DNA of 64,000 bases from Minisyncoccales bacterium. GTDB lineage: Bacteria; Patescibacteriota; Minisyncoccia; Minisyncoccales; JBAMLS01. The stretch is from NCBI GenBank assembly GCA_039793445.1, contig JBAMLS010000001.1, positions 3,504 to 67,503 of the forward strand. Reading direction: 5' to 3'. Positions 48,634 through 59,083 of the stretch are shown one piece after another. Each line of letters starts with the position of its first letter. The first letter of the stretch is position 1. The notes below the pieces were generated by a model. It searched no databases, was not told the DNA's origin, and saw only the letters and a list, made by a program, of their open reading frames with translations. Both the position numbers and the translations under genes were made by a program.

Positions 48634-49266
48634 TTACATTTTTAAAATATTTTTTTCAAATGTTTTTGTTCCATCTTCTAAAGCGTTTTTAATCTCTTTT
48701 TTTATCACCAAAAGTAATAAAGCTCCAATGGTCCCAAAAATTCCAGATAATAAGAATGTAAAGTTAAAACCAAATTTATCAACCAAAAAACCACCAAGAA
48801 ACGCAGCCAATCCAGAACCAACACTAACGGCAGTAGCGTCCATTCCCCATTGAGTTGCTTCTTTTCCTTTATCAATATGCCGAGTAAAAATTGCTGTCCA
48901 ACCAGATAAAGATAGCGCCATTCCAAAACCATGAAACAATTGAATAAAATAAATGTGAATTGGCAATTTTGATAGAATGAAAAAGAAGGGTAAAACCCCA
49001 GCTATAAATAAACCTAAAACCAAAGCAAAATAATCATCATCTTCTGATGGCAAACGATCTAAAAAAAATCCTATAGGAATTCTTAAAACTGCCAGTGAAA
49101 TAGTATAAATTGCAACGGCTATACCAACAACAAAAATACTGCCGCCCTTGATTGAATTTATGATAAAAATTGGAAAAATTGGAGTAATTAACCCCCAACC
49201 CAACCAAAAAACTAAATCGCTCAAAATTAAATATTTTATAATCTTATTTAATTTAAAATTCCTCAT
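48634..49266 (-). CDS. 6-TM membrane protein resembling half of an MFS transporter
   Basis: Hydrophobicity plus MFS motif-A-like GFFLDRLPSEDD between TM2 and TM3. Confidence 0.3.
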   Translation of the reverse strand: MRNFKLNKIIKYLILSDLVFWLGWGLITPIFPIFIINSIKGGSIFVVGIAVAIYTISLAVLRIPIGFFLDRLPSEDDDYFALVLGLFIAGVLPFFFILSKLPIHIYFIQLFHGFGMALSLSGWTAIFTRHIDKGKEATQWGMDATAVSVGSGLAAFLGGFLVDKFGFNFTFLLSGIFGTIGALLLLVIKKEIKNALEDGTKTFEKNILKM

Positions 49267-50282
49267 AATTTAAAATTCTCAAAAAATTTAGTAATTTTTG
49301 TTTTAATAATATCAAAAATAAAAATCAAAAAAATAACTAAACCAAACACCGCAAACAGAATATCAATAAATCTCTGAGTCATACAGTAAGATAAACTGGT
49401 AGCGTTCGAAAAACCTAAAATTGAAAAACCCCACCAACTTGTTAATTCTAACGATCCTAAACTTGCCGGTACAGGAAAAAGATAAGCCAAATTTACAAGA
49501 GCATATATTATTAATATTTTTTGAATTTCCATACCGCCTGTTAAAAAAAAGATTAATACTCCAGAACGAAAAACCAATAAAATTTCTCTTAATAAACTTA
49601 ATAAAAAACTTTTCCAAAAGGCTATTTTTTTAATATCAAAAAAATGAATAATATTTTTTTCAATTTCAAAAATATAATTATTATTTTGAGAAATTGGAAT
49701 TTTTTTCTCTAATCCAAACTTATCAATAAACCATTTTACAATACTTTCTTTTTTTAACATCTTAAAGTAAAAAAATAACAATAAAAATAATAAACCAAAA
49801 ACAATAAAAGCGATAAAATAAAAAACAAGTTTTTCTGGAAAATATCCGTAAAAAGAAAATGATAAAAACCCAAGCAAAATTGATATAAAGGTAAGAGTAC
49901 CATTTAAAATCTTATCTACAATTATGGTAGAAAATCCATCAACAAAAGAAACATTATGCTTTTTTTCTAAAAATAGTACTGATGGAATTTCTCCTCCTGT
50001 GACGGAAATAGGAGTAAAATAGCTTAAAGAAAAATTTATAAACCAAGATTTGAGTATCGCCAAAAATGATAGTTTAAAACCAAAATTTTTTAAGATATAT
50101 TGCCGTCTTAATATAGCGACTAAAACTGTACAAATAGTAATTAACAAAATACAAAAACCAAAAAAACTTAAAACAAAATTAATTGCTTTCTGAATTTCTT
50201 GCGCTCTTAAAGATTTCAGAAAATATATAAAAACTATTAGCCCAAATAAAAAAGAAGCAAGATATTTTAAAAATTTTGACAT
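49263..50282 (-). CDS. Polytopic membrane protein, flippase-like (lysyl-phosphatidylglycerol-synthase TM-region / UPF0104-like)
   Basis: About 8 TM, overall resemblance to the YbhN/UPF0104 family; weak. Confidence 0.3.
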   Translation of the reverse strand: MSKFLKYLASFLFGLIVFIYFLKSLRAQEIQKAINFVLSFFGFCILLITICTVLVAILRRQYILKNFGFKLSFLAILKSWFINFSLSYFTPISVTGGEIPSVLFLEKKHNVSFVDGFSTIIVDKILNGTLTFISILLGFLSFSFYGYFPEKLVFYFIAFIVFGLLFLLLFFYFKMLKKESIVKWFIDKFGLEKKIPISQNNNYIFEIEKNIIHFFDIKKIAFWKSFLLSLLREILLVFRSGVLIFFLTGGMEIQKILIIYALVNLAYLFPVPASLGSLELTSWWGFSILGFSNATSLSYCMTQRFIDILFAVFGLVIFLIFIFDIIKTKITKFFENFKL

Positions 50283-50288
50283 TTAATA

Positions 50289-50981
50289 TTAAAAACCAAA
50301 ATCGGCACGAATTTGCTGGATTGGTAGGATTTCGGCAATGTTATTATTAAATGAATTAATAATTCCAACCAACTCACCTTTTAAATTAAAAACCGGACAA
50401 AAAAGAAAGTCATCTTTATCATTTAAATTTGCAAAAACTCTATTATTTAAAATAGAACGGACTTGTCCTGAGTTTATTATTGTATCTTTATTTTTTCTTC
50501 CTATTAAAAAAATAAATTCACCTATTTTTATTTCTTCTTCTTGAAAAGGTGTAGTTTTTAAATTATTTTTTTCTAGTTTGACCAAAACAAGACCTTCTTT
50601 TTCATTTTCTTTTATAATTTTAATATTTTCCTTTTCTGAATTTAAAAAAACTACTTTTTTGCGCAAATCAAAAAAATCTTTTTTTCCTAAAATGAAACCA
50701 TCGGAAGTAATAACAATTCCACAACCTAAATTATTTTCTTCTTTTCCTATTAAAGGAACGCTTTCTTTTAATTTTAAAAAAAGTTTCGGAATTATCTCTT
50801 CTTGCCTTACTATTATTTCCTGAATAGGGTTAATAATTATCTCTTTTTGAATATTTCTAAAAAATTTAAATTTTTCGAAATAGGGATTTGTTAAAATAGC
50901 GGGGACTAAAAAAAATTCAAATAAAATAGCGCCAAAGATGCCAAAAAAAATAGAAAATAAAAAAAATGAAAATTTACTCAT
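50289..50981 (-). CDS. Membrane-anchored trypsin-fold protein that looks like a catalytically inactive HtrA homologue
   Basis: N-terminal TM. Blocks align to the HtrA protease domain (LGCGIVITSDGFILG; GLVLVKLE; GEFIFLIGR; INSGQVRSI; PVFNLKGELVGIINS), but the catalytic His and the GNSGGP serine box are replaced (ILGKKD; DFLFCPV). Confidence 0.3.
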   Translation of the reverse strand: MSKFSFFLFSIFFGIFGAILFEFFLVPAILTNPYFEKFKFFRNIQKEIIINPIQEIIVRQEEIIPKLFLKLKESVPLIGKEENNLGCGIVITSDGFILGKKDFFDLRKKVVFLNSEKENIKIIKENEKEGLVLVKLEKNNLKTTPFQEEEIKIGEFIFLIGRKNKDTIINSGQVRSILNNRVFANLNDKDDFLFCPVFNLKGELVGIINSFNNNIAEILPIQQIRADFGF

Positions 50982-50984
50982 AAA

Positions 50985-53678
50985 TTAAAGAGTAGAAACT
51001 TTATCTTTTAAAAATTTTATTTTCTTTTGCTTTTTAAATACCACTTCATTATTTTCAAAGTTAACTAAAACTTTCTCATTTTCTTGAATTTCATTTTGAA
51101 CTATTTTTTTAGCTAAGTTATCTAAAATTAATTTTTGAATCACCCTTTTTAAAGGTCTTGCCCCAAAATTAGGATCAAAACCTTTTTTTATAATTTCTTT
51201 TTCTAATTCAAGAGTAAATTCTAATTCTATATTTTTTCTTTTTAAAATCCTCTTTCTGACTTTTTCTAATTCTAATTTTACAATTTGGGAAATTTCTTTT
51301 TCTCCTAAATAGTTAAAAATTATAATTTCATCAATTCTGTTTAAAAATTCTGGTAAAAATTTTTCTTTCAAAATATCTTTTATTTTCGCTTCAATATCTT
51401 CTTTGTTTTGAAAATTATCAGATAAAAACCCCACAGGTTTCATTTGAGAAATATATTCAGAACCAATATTAGAAGTCATAATGATAATTGTATTTTTAAA
51501 ATCTACCACCCTTCCTTTTGAATCGGTTAATCTTCCGTCTTCAAAAATCTGAAGTAAAATATTGAATACTTCTGGATCTGCTTTTTCTATTTCATCTAAT
51601 AAAATTACAGAATATGGCCTTCTTCTTATTTTTTCAGTTAATTGACCACCTTCTTCATATCCTACATAACCTGGAGGAGAACCTATCATTTTAGAAACAC
51701 TATATTTCTCCATATATTCTGACATATCCAGTCTAACCAAAGCTTTTTCTGTATTAAAAAGATATTCTGCTAAAGCTTTTGCTGTTTCTGTTTTCCCTAC
51801 TCCTGTTGGTCCTAAAAAAAGAAAGACACCTATTGGTCTATTTTCATCTGAAATACCAGTTCTACTCCTTCTTATCGCATTTGCAATTGCTTCTATTGCC
51901 TTATCTTGACCTATTACTCTTTGCTTTAATATCTCTTCTAAATTAGCAAGTTTCTTAGCTTCATCTTCTAAAAGTCTAAAAACTGGAATTCCTGTCCATT
52001 GAGAAACAATTTTCGCTATATCTTCTTGAGAAACAGATTGTCTAATAAAATTATACCTTTTTTGTAATAATCTTAATTTTTTTTCTTCTTTTTCAATTTC
52101 TTTTTCTAAACTAGGTATTTCCCCATATTTTATTTCTGCCATTCTTTGAAAATCTGCTCTTTTTTGGGCTAATTCCATTTCTTGATTTAACTGACCAATT
52201 TTTTGTTTTAAATTTTTTATTTTTTCAATAATTTCTTTTTGAGATAACCATTCTTTTTCTAATTTTTCTTTTTCTTCTTTTAATTTTTTTAGTTTTTTTT
52301 CTATTTCTTTTATTTTTTCCTCAGAAATATTATTTTCATCTTTTTTTAATCCCTCCTTTTCCATTTCTAACTTCATAATTTCTTCTTCTTTTAAAATTAG
52401 CTCTTGGGGTTCAGATTCAATACTCAATTTTAAATTAGAAGCAGCTTCATCTATTAAATCTATGGCTTTATCCGGTAAAAATCTATCGGTAATATATCTA
52501 CTACTTAATTCTGCCGCAGCTCTTAAAGCTGAATCTTCTATTTTTACTCCATGATGCAATTCATATTTTTCCACTAATCCCCTTAAAATCATAATTGTAT
52601 CCTCAACAGAGGGCTCTGAAACTAAAATAGGTTGAAACCTTCTTTCAAAAGCAGGGTCTTGTTCTATATATTTTTGATACTCCTTTAAAGTAGTAGCGCC
52701 AATTACTCTAATTTCACCCCTTGATAAAGGAGGTTTTAGTAAATTGGAAGCATCAATAGATCCTTCAGCTGCGCCAGCACCAATTAAAGTATGAAGTTCA
52801 TCAATAAATAAAATGTATCTTTCTTCGCTTCTTTTAATTTCTCTTAATAAAGCTTTCATTCTAGCCTCAAATTCTCCACGATATTTAGTACCAGCAATTA
52901 ATGCGCCAATATCTAAAGCAACTATTTCTTTATGTCTTAAACTGTCTGGCACACTTCCTTTTACAATTCTTTGAGCTAAACCCTCGACAATTGCCGTTTT
53001 TCCGACACCTGCTTCTCCAATTAAAACAGGGTTATTCTTTGTTCTTCTATTTAGTATTTGCATCAACCTTCTTATTTCAGATTCTCTACCAATAACTGGA
53101 TCTAATTTTCCATTTCTTGCTAATTCTGTAAGATTTCTAGTATATTTTTTAATCACTTCAAACTTAGATTCTGGATTGGGATCAGTAATTTTTTCTCCAC
53201 CCCTAATTTCTAAAATTATTTTTAATACTTCTTCTTTTTCTAAAGGTTTTATTCTTGGAGAAAGAAATTTTGTGTTTTTTAAAATTTCTCCAGCCTTTGT
53301 ATTGCTTTCTAAAATTCCCAATAATAAATGTTCTGTTGAAATAAATTCGTCGCCAAAATTTACCGCTTCTTCTTTGGCCTTTTCTAATACTTGAGTTAAA
53401 TCTTGGGTTAAATAAAAATCACCCCTATTTGTACTTACTCTTTGAAATGAGATTTGAATTTGAGAAAGTTCAAATTCTAATCGAGATAAAAGTGAAGTAG
53501 TATCTACTTCAAGTGCTCTTAAAACTTCAGGAACAATACTATCTTCTTGTAAAATCAAAACATATAATAGATGCAAAGCGTCTACCTGATTTTGTTTCTT
53601 CTTTTTAGCTAAATTTTGAGCTTCAAATAAAGCTTGTTGAGCTTTAAAAGTAAAATCGCCACTCTGTAAAAATGACAT
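50985..53678 (-). CDS. clpB: ClpB disaggregase chaperone (two AAA+ modules with long coiled-coil M-domain)
   Basis: Clp_N repeats; Walker [10 protein letters not shown] and GPTGVGKTE; long coiled-coil between NBD1 and NBD2 ([38 protein letters not shown]...); ClpB signature GARPLKR. Confidence 0.9.
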   Translation of the reverse strand: MSFLQSGDFTFKAQQALFEAQNLAKKKKQNQVDALHLLYVLILQEDSIVPEVLRALEVDTTSLLSRLEFELSQIQISFQRVSTNRGDFYLTQDLTQVLEKAKEEAVNFGDEFISTEHLLLGILESNTKAGEILKNTKFLSPRIKPLEKEEVLKIILEIRGGEKITDPNPESKFEVIKKYTRNLTELARNGKLDPVIGRESEIRRLMQILNRRTKNNPVLIGEAGVGKTAIVEGLAQRIVKGSVPDSLRHKEIVALDIGALIAGTKYRGEFEARMKALLREIKRSEERYILFIDELHTLIGAGAAEGSIDASNLLKPPLSRGEIRVIGATTLKEYQKYIEQDPAFERRFQPILVSEPSVEDTIMILRGLVEKYELHHGVKIEDSALRAAAELSSRYITDRFLPDKAIDLIDEAASNLKLSIESEPQELILKEEEIMKLEMEKEGLKKDENNISEEKIKEIEKKLKKLKEEKEKLEKEWLSQKEIIEKIKNLKQKIGQLNQEMELAQKRADFQRMAEIKYGEIPSLEKEIEKEEKKLRLLQKRYNFIRQSVSQEDIAKIVSQWTGIPVFRLLEDEAKKLANLEEILKQRVIGQDKAIEAIANAIRRSRTGISDENRPIGVFLFLGPTGVGKTETAKALAEYLFNTEKALVRLDMSEYMEKYSVSKMIGSPPGYVGYEEGGQLTEKIRRRPYSVILLDEIEKADPEVFNILLQIFEDGRLTDSKGRVVDFKNTIIIMTSNIGSEYISQMKPVGFLSDNFQNKEDIEAKIKDILKEKFLPEFLNRIDEIIIFNYLGEKEISQIVKLELEKVRKRILKRKNIELEFTLELEKEIIKKGFDPNFGARPLKRVIQKLILDNLAKKIVQNEIQENEKVLVNFENNEVVFKKQKKIKFLKDKVSTL

Positions 53679-53703
53679 ATTTTTAAAATAAAGAAGGAAA
53701 AAA

Positions 53704-54303
53704 TTAAAACATTATATCTTCTTCAGCTCTTTTATATTCAAAAATATCTTCCAAGGAGAACCAAAAATGAAGTTCATGTTCTGCTTCTTCTGGTGTTTCT
53801 GAAGCATGAATAATGTTATGAACAGCTCTTTTATCTTTATTGGCAGCGGTAGCATCATCTACAGAAAAATCTCCTCTTATTGTACCCATTTCAGCTTGAG
53901 AAGGTAAAGAAGAACCTACTAATTTCCTTACCATATTTACAGCATGAATACCTTGAACTGCAATTTTTATCATAGGTCCTGAAGTTAAATAATCTATTAA
54001 CCAACCTCTTACTAATTTACCTATTTCTAAAGGATCTTCTGTACCTAATTCTTGTAAGGCATTAAAACCATATTCTTGATAATTTTTTAAAGTTTTTTCA
54101 CCCAATCTTTTAATCCAATTTTCATCTTTTGGATAATGTTCATTTATTTGTTCTCTGGTTGCTTGAAACATTTCTAATCCAATAATTTTTAGCCCTCTCC
54201 TTTCAATTCTAGAAATAATTTCTCCGATTAATCCTCTTTTTACTCCATCTGGCTTTATTAAAACCAGCGTTTTTTCTTCTTTTGGATGTGTTGTTTGCGC
54301 CAT
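53704..54303 (-). CDS. ndk: Nucleoside diphosphate kinase (long form with internal insertions)
   Basis: VLIKPDGVKRGLIGEIISRIERRGLKIIG; YLTSGPMI; catalytic His in NIIHASETPEEAEHELHFWF. 199 aa versus about 140 typical. Confidence 0.75.
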   Translation of the reverse strand: MAQTTHPKEEKTLVLIKPDGVKRGLIGEIISRIERRGLKIIGLEMFQATREQINEHYPKDENWIKRLGEKTLKNYQEYGFNALQELGTEDPLEIGKLVRGWLIDYLTSGPMIKIAVQGIHAVNMVRKLVGSSLPSQAEMGTIRGDFSVDDATAANKDKRAVHNIIHASETPEEAEHELHFWFSLEDIFEYKRAEEDIMF

Positions 54304-54313
54304 AAGTTTATTT

Positions 54314-55144
54314 TTATTGAACTAAAAATTTTATATCACCGTCTTTATCTGTCCTTAGTATCTTTATATCATACGAAGATAACAAATTCAAGGTTTCTGT
54401 ATGGGGGTGGCCATAATTATTTTTTCCGCAGGAAATAACAGCAAAAAATGGATGAAAATGTTCTAATAGTTCTTCTGAAGTTGAAAATTTGCTACCATGA
54501 TGAGCAATTTTTAAAACAGAGATATTGTCTTTTGGATATTTTTTAACAATTTCTCTTTCAACTTTTTTTGTGATATCGCCTAAAAATAAAAATTTTTCAC
54601 CCCCCACAAATAACTCGACAACAACAGAAGTATCATTAGAAGTTTTTCCTTTTATCTCTTTTTGAGACAAATCTTCAAAGGGAAATAAGACTAAAACAAT
54701 AATCTCTCCCGCTTTAATTTTTAAACCTGCTCTTCCAGAATAAACTTTTGCCTCTTCTTCTTTAATTTTTTTTAAAAAATCAAAATATATATTACTATCT
54801 CTTTTAATTTTATTCCAAATGATATTTTCAACTTTAAAATTATCTAAAACAGCTAATAATCCATTTAAATGATCTAATTCAGGATGAGTTAAGATTATTA
54901 AATCAATATCTTTATCAAAAAATGTTAATTCTTTTGAAATTTTATTTAAAATTAATTTTTTATTTGGGCCACCGTCTATAAGAATTTGATGATGATATCT
55001 ACTTTCTATAAAAATAGCATCTCCTTGACCTACATTAAAAAATATTATTTTTGTTCCACTTTTTAATCTAAATATTTCACCCCACAATATTAAATTGCTT
55101 ATCCCAAAAAACAAAATCAAGAGAATACTTTTTTTAAAATTCAT
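54314..55144 (-). CDS. Stand-alone ComEC-type metallo-beta-lactamase-fold protein (membrane-anchored)
   Basis: N-terminal TM, then NVGQGDAIFIESRYHHQILIDGG (ComEC C-domain signature) and ILTHPELDHLNGL (HxHxDH-type metal motif). Last gene of the pilM-N-O-small ORF transcription unit. Confidence 0.7.
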   Translation of the reverse strand: MNFKKSILLILFFGISNLILWGEIFRLKSGTKIIFFNVGQGDAIFIESRYHHQILIDGGPNKKLILNKISKELTFFDKDIDLIILTHPELDHLNGLLAVLDNFKVENIIWNKIKRDSNIYFDFLKKIKEEEAKVYSGRAGLKIKAGEIIVLVLFPFEDLSQKEIKGKTSNDTSVVVELFVGGEKFLFLGDITKKVEREIVKKYPKDNISVLKIAHHGSKFSTSEELLEHFHPFFAVISCGKNNYGHPHTETLNLLSSYDIKILRTDKDGDIKFLVQ

Positions 55145-55452
55145 TTATTTTGTAAAGAAAAATCACTGGGTATTGAAAAGGGATCTAAAATATCCAAAGA
55201 GTTTATACTTTCTAAATTTTTATTTTTTTTATCTATAATTTTAAAAAAGGTATTTATGGATTCAGTATTTATGTTCACAAAATGTGATGGAATAGGTTTT
55301 GATTTTAAATTTAAAAAATATTTTGAAAATAATAATAAAAACAAAACGCATTCCATTATAAAGAATAAAAATATTAAATAATAAATCTTTTTAAAAAAAT
55401 AACGAAAAAATCTTAAAGTATTATCTTTTATTTTTAAAAAATAATTTTTCAT
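55141..55452 (-). CDS. Small membrane-anchored hypothetical protein (occupies the PilP-like position downstream of pilO)
   Basis: 103 aa with one N-terminal TM; overlaps its neighbours by 4 nt; no motifs. Confidence 0.25.
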   Translation of the reverse strand: MKNYFLKIKDNTLRFFRYFFKKIYYLIFLFFIMECVLFLLLFSKYFLNLKSKPIPSHFVNINTESINTFFKIIDKKNKNLESINSLDILDPFSIPSDFSLQNK

Positions 55453-55964
55453 TTTATAAAAACTTTAATATTTACAAAAGTTGAAAGGGTGTTATCTTTT
55501 TTATCTTTTTCTATATTAACACTTGACACTTCTAAAAAATATTTGCTATTTTCAACTGCCTTTAAAAATTTAACTATATTTTTGAAATCTCCTCCTAATT
55601 TTATTGATATCATATTAGTCTTTTCTTTTTTAAGAAGATTGTATTGGAAAATTTCACTACTTAAATTATATTGTTTTGAAATTTCTTCCAAAAAATTGAA
55701 GAAATCAATCGGTGTATCTTTTGGTATTAACCTTTCATCAACTAAATTCAAAACCTTTTGAAAAAAATTATAATTTGCTTTAAATTCATTGAATTTATTA
55801 ATTTGAGTATTTTGAGTTAATAAAATCGCTTTCTGATAACTTAAACTTTTAGATAAAGTTTTCATTTTATAAAGAAACGGAGAAACCAAAAAATAGAAGA
55901 TAGAAAAAAATATAAAAATATAAATTAACAAAAATAAATATTTTTTTTGTTGAAAATCTATCAT
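55449..55964 (-). CDS. pilO: Type IV pilus assembly protein PilO-like
   Basis: N-terminal TM plus coiled-coil and C-terminal periplasmic domain; position directly after pilN with a 4-nt overlap. Confidence 0.45.
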   Translation of the reverse strand: MIDFQQKKYLFLLIYIFIFFSIFYFLVSPFLYKMKTLSKSLSYQKAILLTQNTQINKFNEFKANYNFFQKVLNLVDERLIPKDTPIDFFNFLEEISKQYNLSSEIFQYNLLKKEKTNMISIKLGGDFKNIVKFLKAVENSKYFLEVSSVNIEKDKKDNTLSTFVNIKVFIK

Positions 55965-56509
55965 TTTTGAATAAATTTAAAAGTTAATGAAAAATTAGGG
56001 TATTCTCTTTTGAACCAACTTTGAGGTGAAAAATAAACATCTTCATATTCTTCTTTTCCCTTTAAAATATTATAAAACTCATAAACTGTTTCTCTATTTT
56101 TTGCTACACCGGTTATCTGAATTAATATTTCAGGATTCTGAGAATTTTCGTTTTTTTGAATATTTATAGAATTAAAATATACATCTTTTGGTGTAATTTT
56201 TAAAAACTCCTCAAAAAAAGAACTTATAATTATTTTATTCTTTTCAAAATTATTTAAATTAAAAAGCGTTGCATTAAAATTCTTTATTTCAGATTCTATA
56301 GCGAAAAATTCTTTTAAAATGTCTTCTTTTTTTAAAATTTGGTTTTCTATAATAACTTTTTGCTTTTCTAAAAAAATACTAAAGGAAAATAAAAATAACC
56401 AAAAAATTAAAAGAAAAATTACCATCCAATTTAATAAAATAAAAACTTTTTTAAGTTTTATTTCTGCTTTTATTATTTTAATCTCTTTTTCTGGTAAAAG
56501 GTTAATCAT
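55961..56509 (-). CDS. pilN: Type IV pilus assembly protein PilN
   Basis: Signature N-terminus MINLLPEKEIK followed by a single TM; 8-nt overlap with pilM. Confidence 0.65.
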   Translation of the reverse strand: MINLLPEKEIKIIKAEIKLKKVFILLNWMVIFLLIFWLFLFSFSIFLEKQKVIIENQILKKEDILKEFFAIESEIKNFNATLFNLNNFEKNKIIISSFFEEFLKITPKDVYFNSINIQKNENSQNPEILIQITGVAKNRETVYEFYNILKGKEEYEDVYFSPQSWFKREYPNFSLTFKFIQK

Positions 56510-57572
56510 ATGTTTCTTCTAAATTTGCACCATCAATTGCTAGTCCTATTGCACTAGTAAAAGATAAGGCTTCTTTTTTATCTAAAATAAAATCTTTTGT
56601 AGGATAAATATTTAATAAAGGATTAGCAAGTTCAGTTTTTATATTAATCATTATTTGAACTATATTGGTTAATCCATATAACTTAGAGCCGCCCCCGCAT
56701 AATATAATTTTCGAAATTTTTGTTTTATTATTCAATTTTCCATATTTTTCATAATAGTCTATCCTTAATTTTAATTGATCAATTAAATCTTTCAAAGGTG
56801 GTACCATAGCATCAAAAATTTCTCCTTCTTGGTGTATTAAGCCATTTTTAATTTTTATTTTTTCAGCTTCTTCAAAAGAAACTTTTAAGGCTTTCTGGAT
56901 TGCTAATGTAAATAATTCAGCTGAAATGGGAATTGTAGTTGTATTTCGAATAATATTTTTTTCATAAAATATTAATCCAGTTCTCGTTTGACCAAAATCA
57001 ATAATAAGAATTGGCTCTTTTGTGTTTTCTGATGAAGATATTACTGCCTTTATTATTGCCTCACTTTCAATTTCCATACCTACCGCTTTTAAATTTGTTT
57101 TTTTTAAAGTGTTAACATAACTATCTAATACCTCTTTGGGGATTGCGGCTAAAAGTACTTCAATATAATTTTCACCCACTTCATTTTTTTTATAATTAAA
57201 ATAACATTCACTTATTGGTAAAGGAATATGAGTTTGAGTGTTTAATTCTATTATTTTTTTAATTTCATTATCTTCTACTTTTGGTATTTTTAAAACTTCT
57301 AAATAAGATCTTTCTTCTGGCAAAGAAATAATTACATATGGTGTTTTTATTTTTTTCCCAGTGATATTTTTTAAAGATTTCTGAATAATATTTGCTAATT
57401 CTTCCTCTTGTTTAACCATTCCATTTTCAATTATACCGTCGGGAATATTTTCTTGCCCAAAAGAAACAATAAAAAGTTTTCCATTTTTTTTCTCTATTTT
57501 TACAATTTTTAATGACTTTGTAGATATATCTAAACCAAAAGCATCAAATTTAAAATTTAAAAAATTAAACAT
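56502..57572 (-). CDS. pilM: Type IV pilus assembly ATPase-like protein PilM (actin fold)
   Basis: Actin-like motifs (FGLDISTKSLKIV; ILIIDFGQTRTGLIF; KIILCGGGSKLYGL) and operon context with pilN/pilO. Confidence 0.7.
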   Translation of the reverse strand: MFNFLNFKFDAFGLDISTKSLKIVKIEKKNGKLFIVSFGQENIPDGIIENGMVKQEEELANIIQKSLKNITGKKIKTPYVIISLPEERSYLEVLKIPKVEDNEIKKIIELNTQTHIPLPISECYFNYKKNEVGENYIEVLLAAIPKEVLDSYVNTLKKTNLKAVGMEIESEAIIKAVISSSENTKEPILIIDFGQTRTGLIFYEKNIIRNTTTIPISAELFTLAIQKALKVSFEEAEKIKIKNGLIHQEGEIFDAMVPPLKDLIDQLKLRIDYYEKYGKLNNKTKISKIILCGGGSKLYGLTNIVQIMINIKTELANPLLNIYPTKDFILDKKEALSFTSAIGLAIDGANLEETYD

Positions 57573-57587
57573 AGAATTAGAATTATT

Positions 57588-58967
57588 TTAATATATCTCT
57601 TCCCAATGTTCAATTGAAATTATAGGACTATAATTTTGTTCTGAAAAAGTCGCGCCTACTACATTTTCATCTAAATAAAGATCGAAACCATTAAATAAGC
57701 TTGATAAAGAAAATTTTCTTGCAGCTATCCCTCCTTTAACAGTAGATTTTGCCAAAAAACTACTTAAAGATAATTCATCGCCAGAATACATTAACCCCTC
57801 TACATAAAGAGCAGATATTCCTATTCCGAAATACCCCCCGCCATTAATTTTTCTTTTTGCTAAAAGCCCAGCAGGTAAATTTTGACCAGGTTTTAAAACA
57901 AAAATTTGAGAAAAACCGCATCTTAAATAAGGATAATCTTTAGTTACCCAACAATAATCTTGACCTAAATTTATATCTCTATCTGCTACTAAAACACCTG
58001 GCATTTTTACAACTTGTTCCGCTCTGATATTAATATCGCCTTTTACATAAACAATACTTGAAGTTGGAAATAAAATTTCAGGATAATGTTGCCACAACAT
58101 TTTTTCAAATTCCTCTTGGGTAAAAATACAATTTGTTTTTCCATCTTGTCTTATTTGAGAACAGTCGCTTAAAGAGGCTCTTTGATAATAAGAACTTGAA
58201 GAAGTGGAATCAAAATCTAATAAAGGCATAGGAATTTTTTGAGGAGGACAATCTGAAGCAGTATTACAATTTGCCTGGCAGATATTATTAGAACAAACCG
58301 CAAAAGCAGAAATTTGTGAACCAGATAAAATATTTATATTATTGTTCGCTAAAACTTTCTTTTCTACGTTTAAATTTGTAAAATTCTTAAGAATAATATT
58401 ATTATTTGAAAATAAAGATCCGCCATAAATATTTAAAGGATATACTCCAGAAATTATTATGTCTTCAGAGGGGCCACCGGTAAATAAAGTAAAATCTTTT
58501 AAAGGGCTGCCTATTGGTTTAAAAACGGTCATTTCAATAATTCTTTGTGATTTTAAATTAGGATCTTCTAAAACAGAAGTTACAGTAATTTTTGCTTTTG
58601 CGCAACCTAAATTTAATATAGAAATTTTATAATTACCATTTTCGTATAAAGCTGGGTTTCTATAATAATTTGGGATAGACCAAGAACTACAATTAGGATC
58701 AGATAAGGTTGGCAATGTTTCAAAGGCGCTTTTCCATGTAGGATCTTTTTTTAATTTAAAAATTGCTTCTTGTACACCGGCCTCAGACAAATAATAGCCT
58801 TGAACGCTTTTTTCATAAACATTAGCCATTTTAGAACCTGTAATAGAAAAAGAGATAAAATAAACGCCAATAAATAATAAAATTGTAAGAAAAATCAAAG
58901 CAAAGTCTAAAATTACCCCTCTTGAATATTTCTTTCTATTGTTGTTTTTTTTAAAAAAATCTGGCAT
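57588..58967 (-). CDS. Large Cys-rich pilus-associated protein with PilX-like N-terminal segment (candidate tip/adhesin protein)
   Basis: N-terminal TM plus YYLSEAGVQEAIFKL (PilX_N-like). About 15 Cys including CSNNICQANCNTASDCPP. Located between the pilin genes and pilM. Confidence 0.4.
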   Translation of the reverse strand: MPDFFKKNNNRKKYSRGVILDFALIFLTILLFIGVYFISFSITGSKMANVYEKSVQGYYLSEAGVQEAIFKLKKDPTWKSAFETLPTLSDPNCSSWSIPNYYRNPALYENGNYKISILNLGCAKAKITVTSVLEDPNLKSQRIIEMTVFKPIGSPLKDFTLFTGGPSEDIIISGVYPLNIYGGSLFSNNNIILKNFTNLNVEKKVLANNNINILSGSQISAFAVCSNNICQANCNTASDCPPQKIPMPLLDFDSTSSSSYYQRASLSDCSQIRQDGKTNCIFTQEEFEKMLWQHYPEILFPTSSIVYVKGDINIRAEQVVKMPGVLVADRDINLGQDYCWVTKDYPYLRCGFSQIFVLKPGQNLPAGLLAKRKINGGGYFGIGISALYVEGLMYSGDELSLSSFLAKSTVKGGIAARKFSLSSLFNGFDLYLDENVVGATFSEQNYSPIISIEHWEEIY

Positions 58968-59083
58968 AAAATTTTCAAAAATTTTAAACTAATTTTTTAT
59001 TCCATATAAAAAAGTTTTGGTTAGAATTGTTTTATGTATTTTTAAAACTGGGTGTCTAAAAAATTTTTTATTTTCCATTTTTT

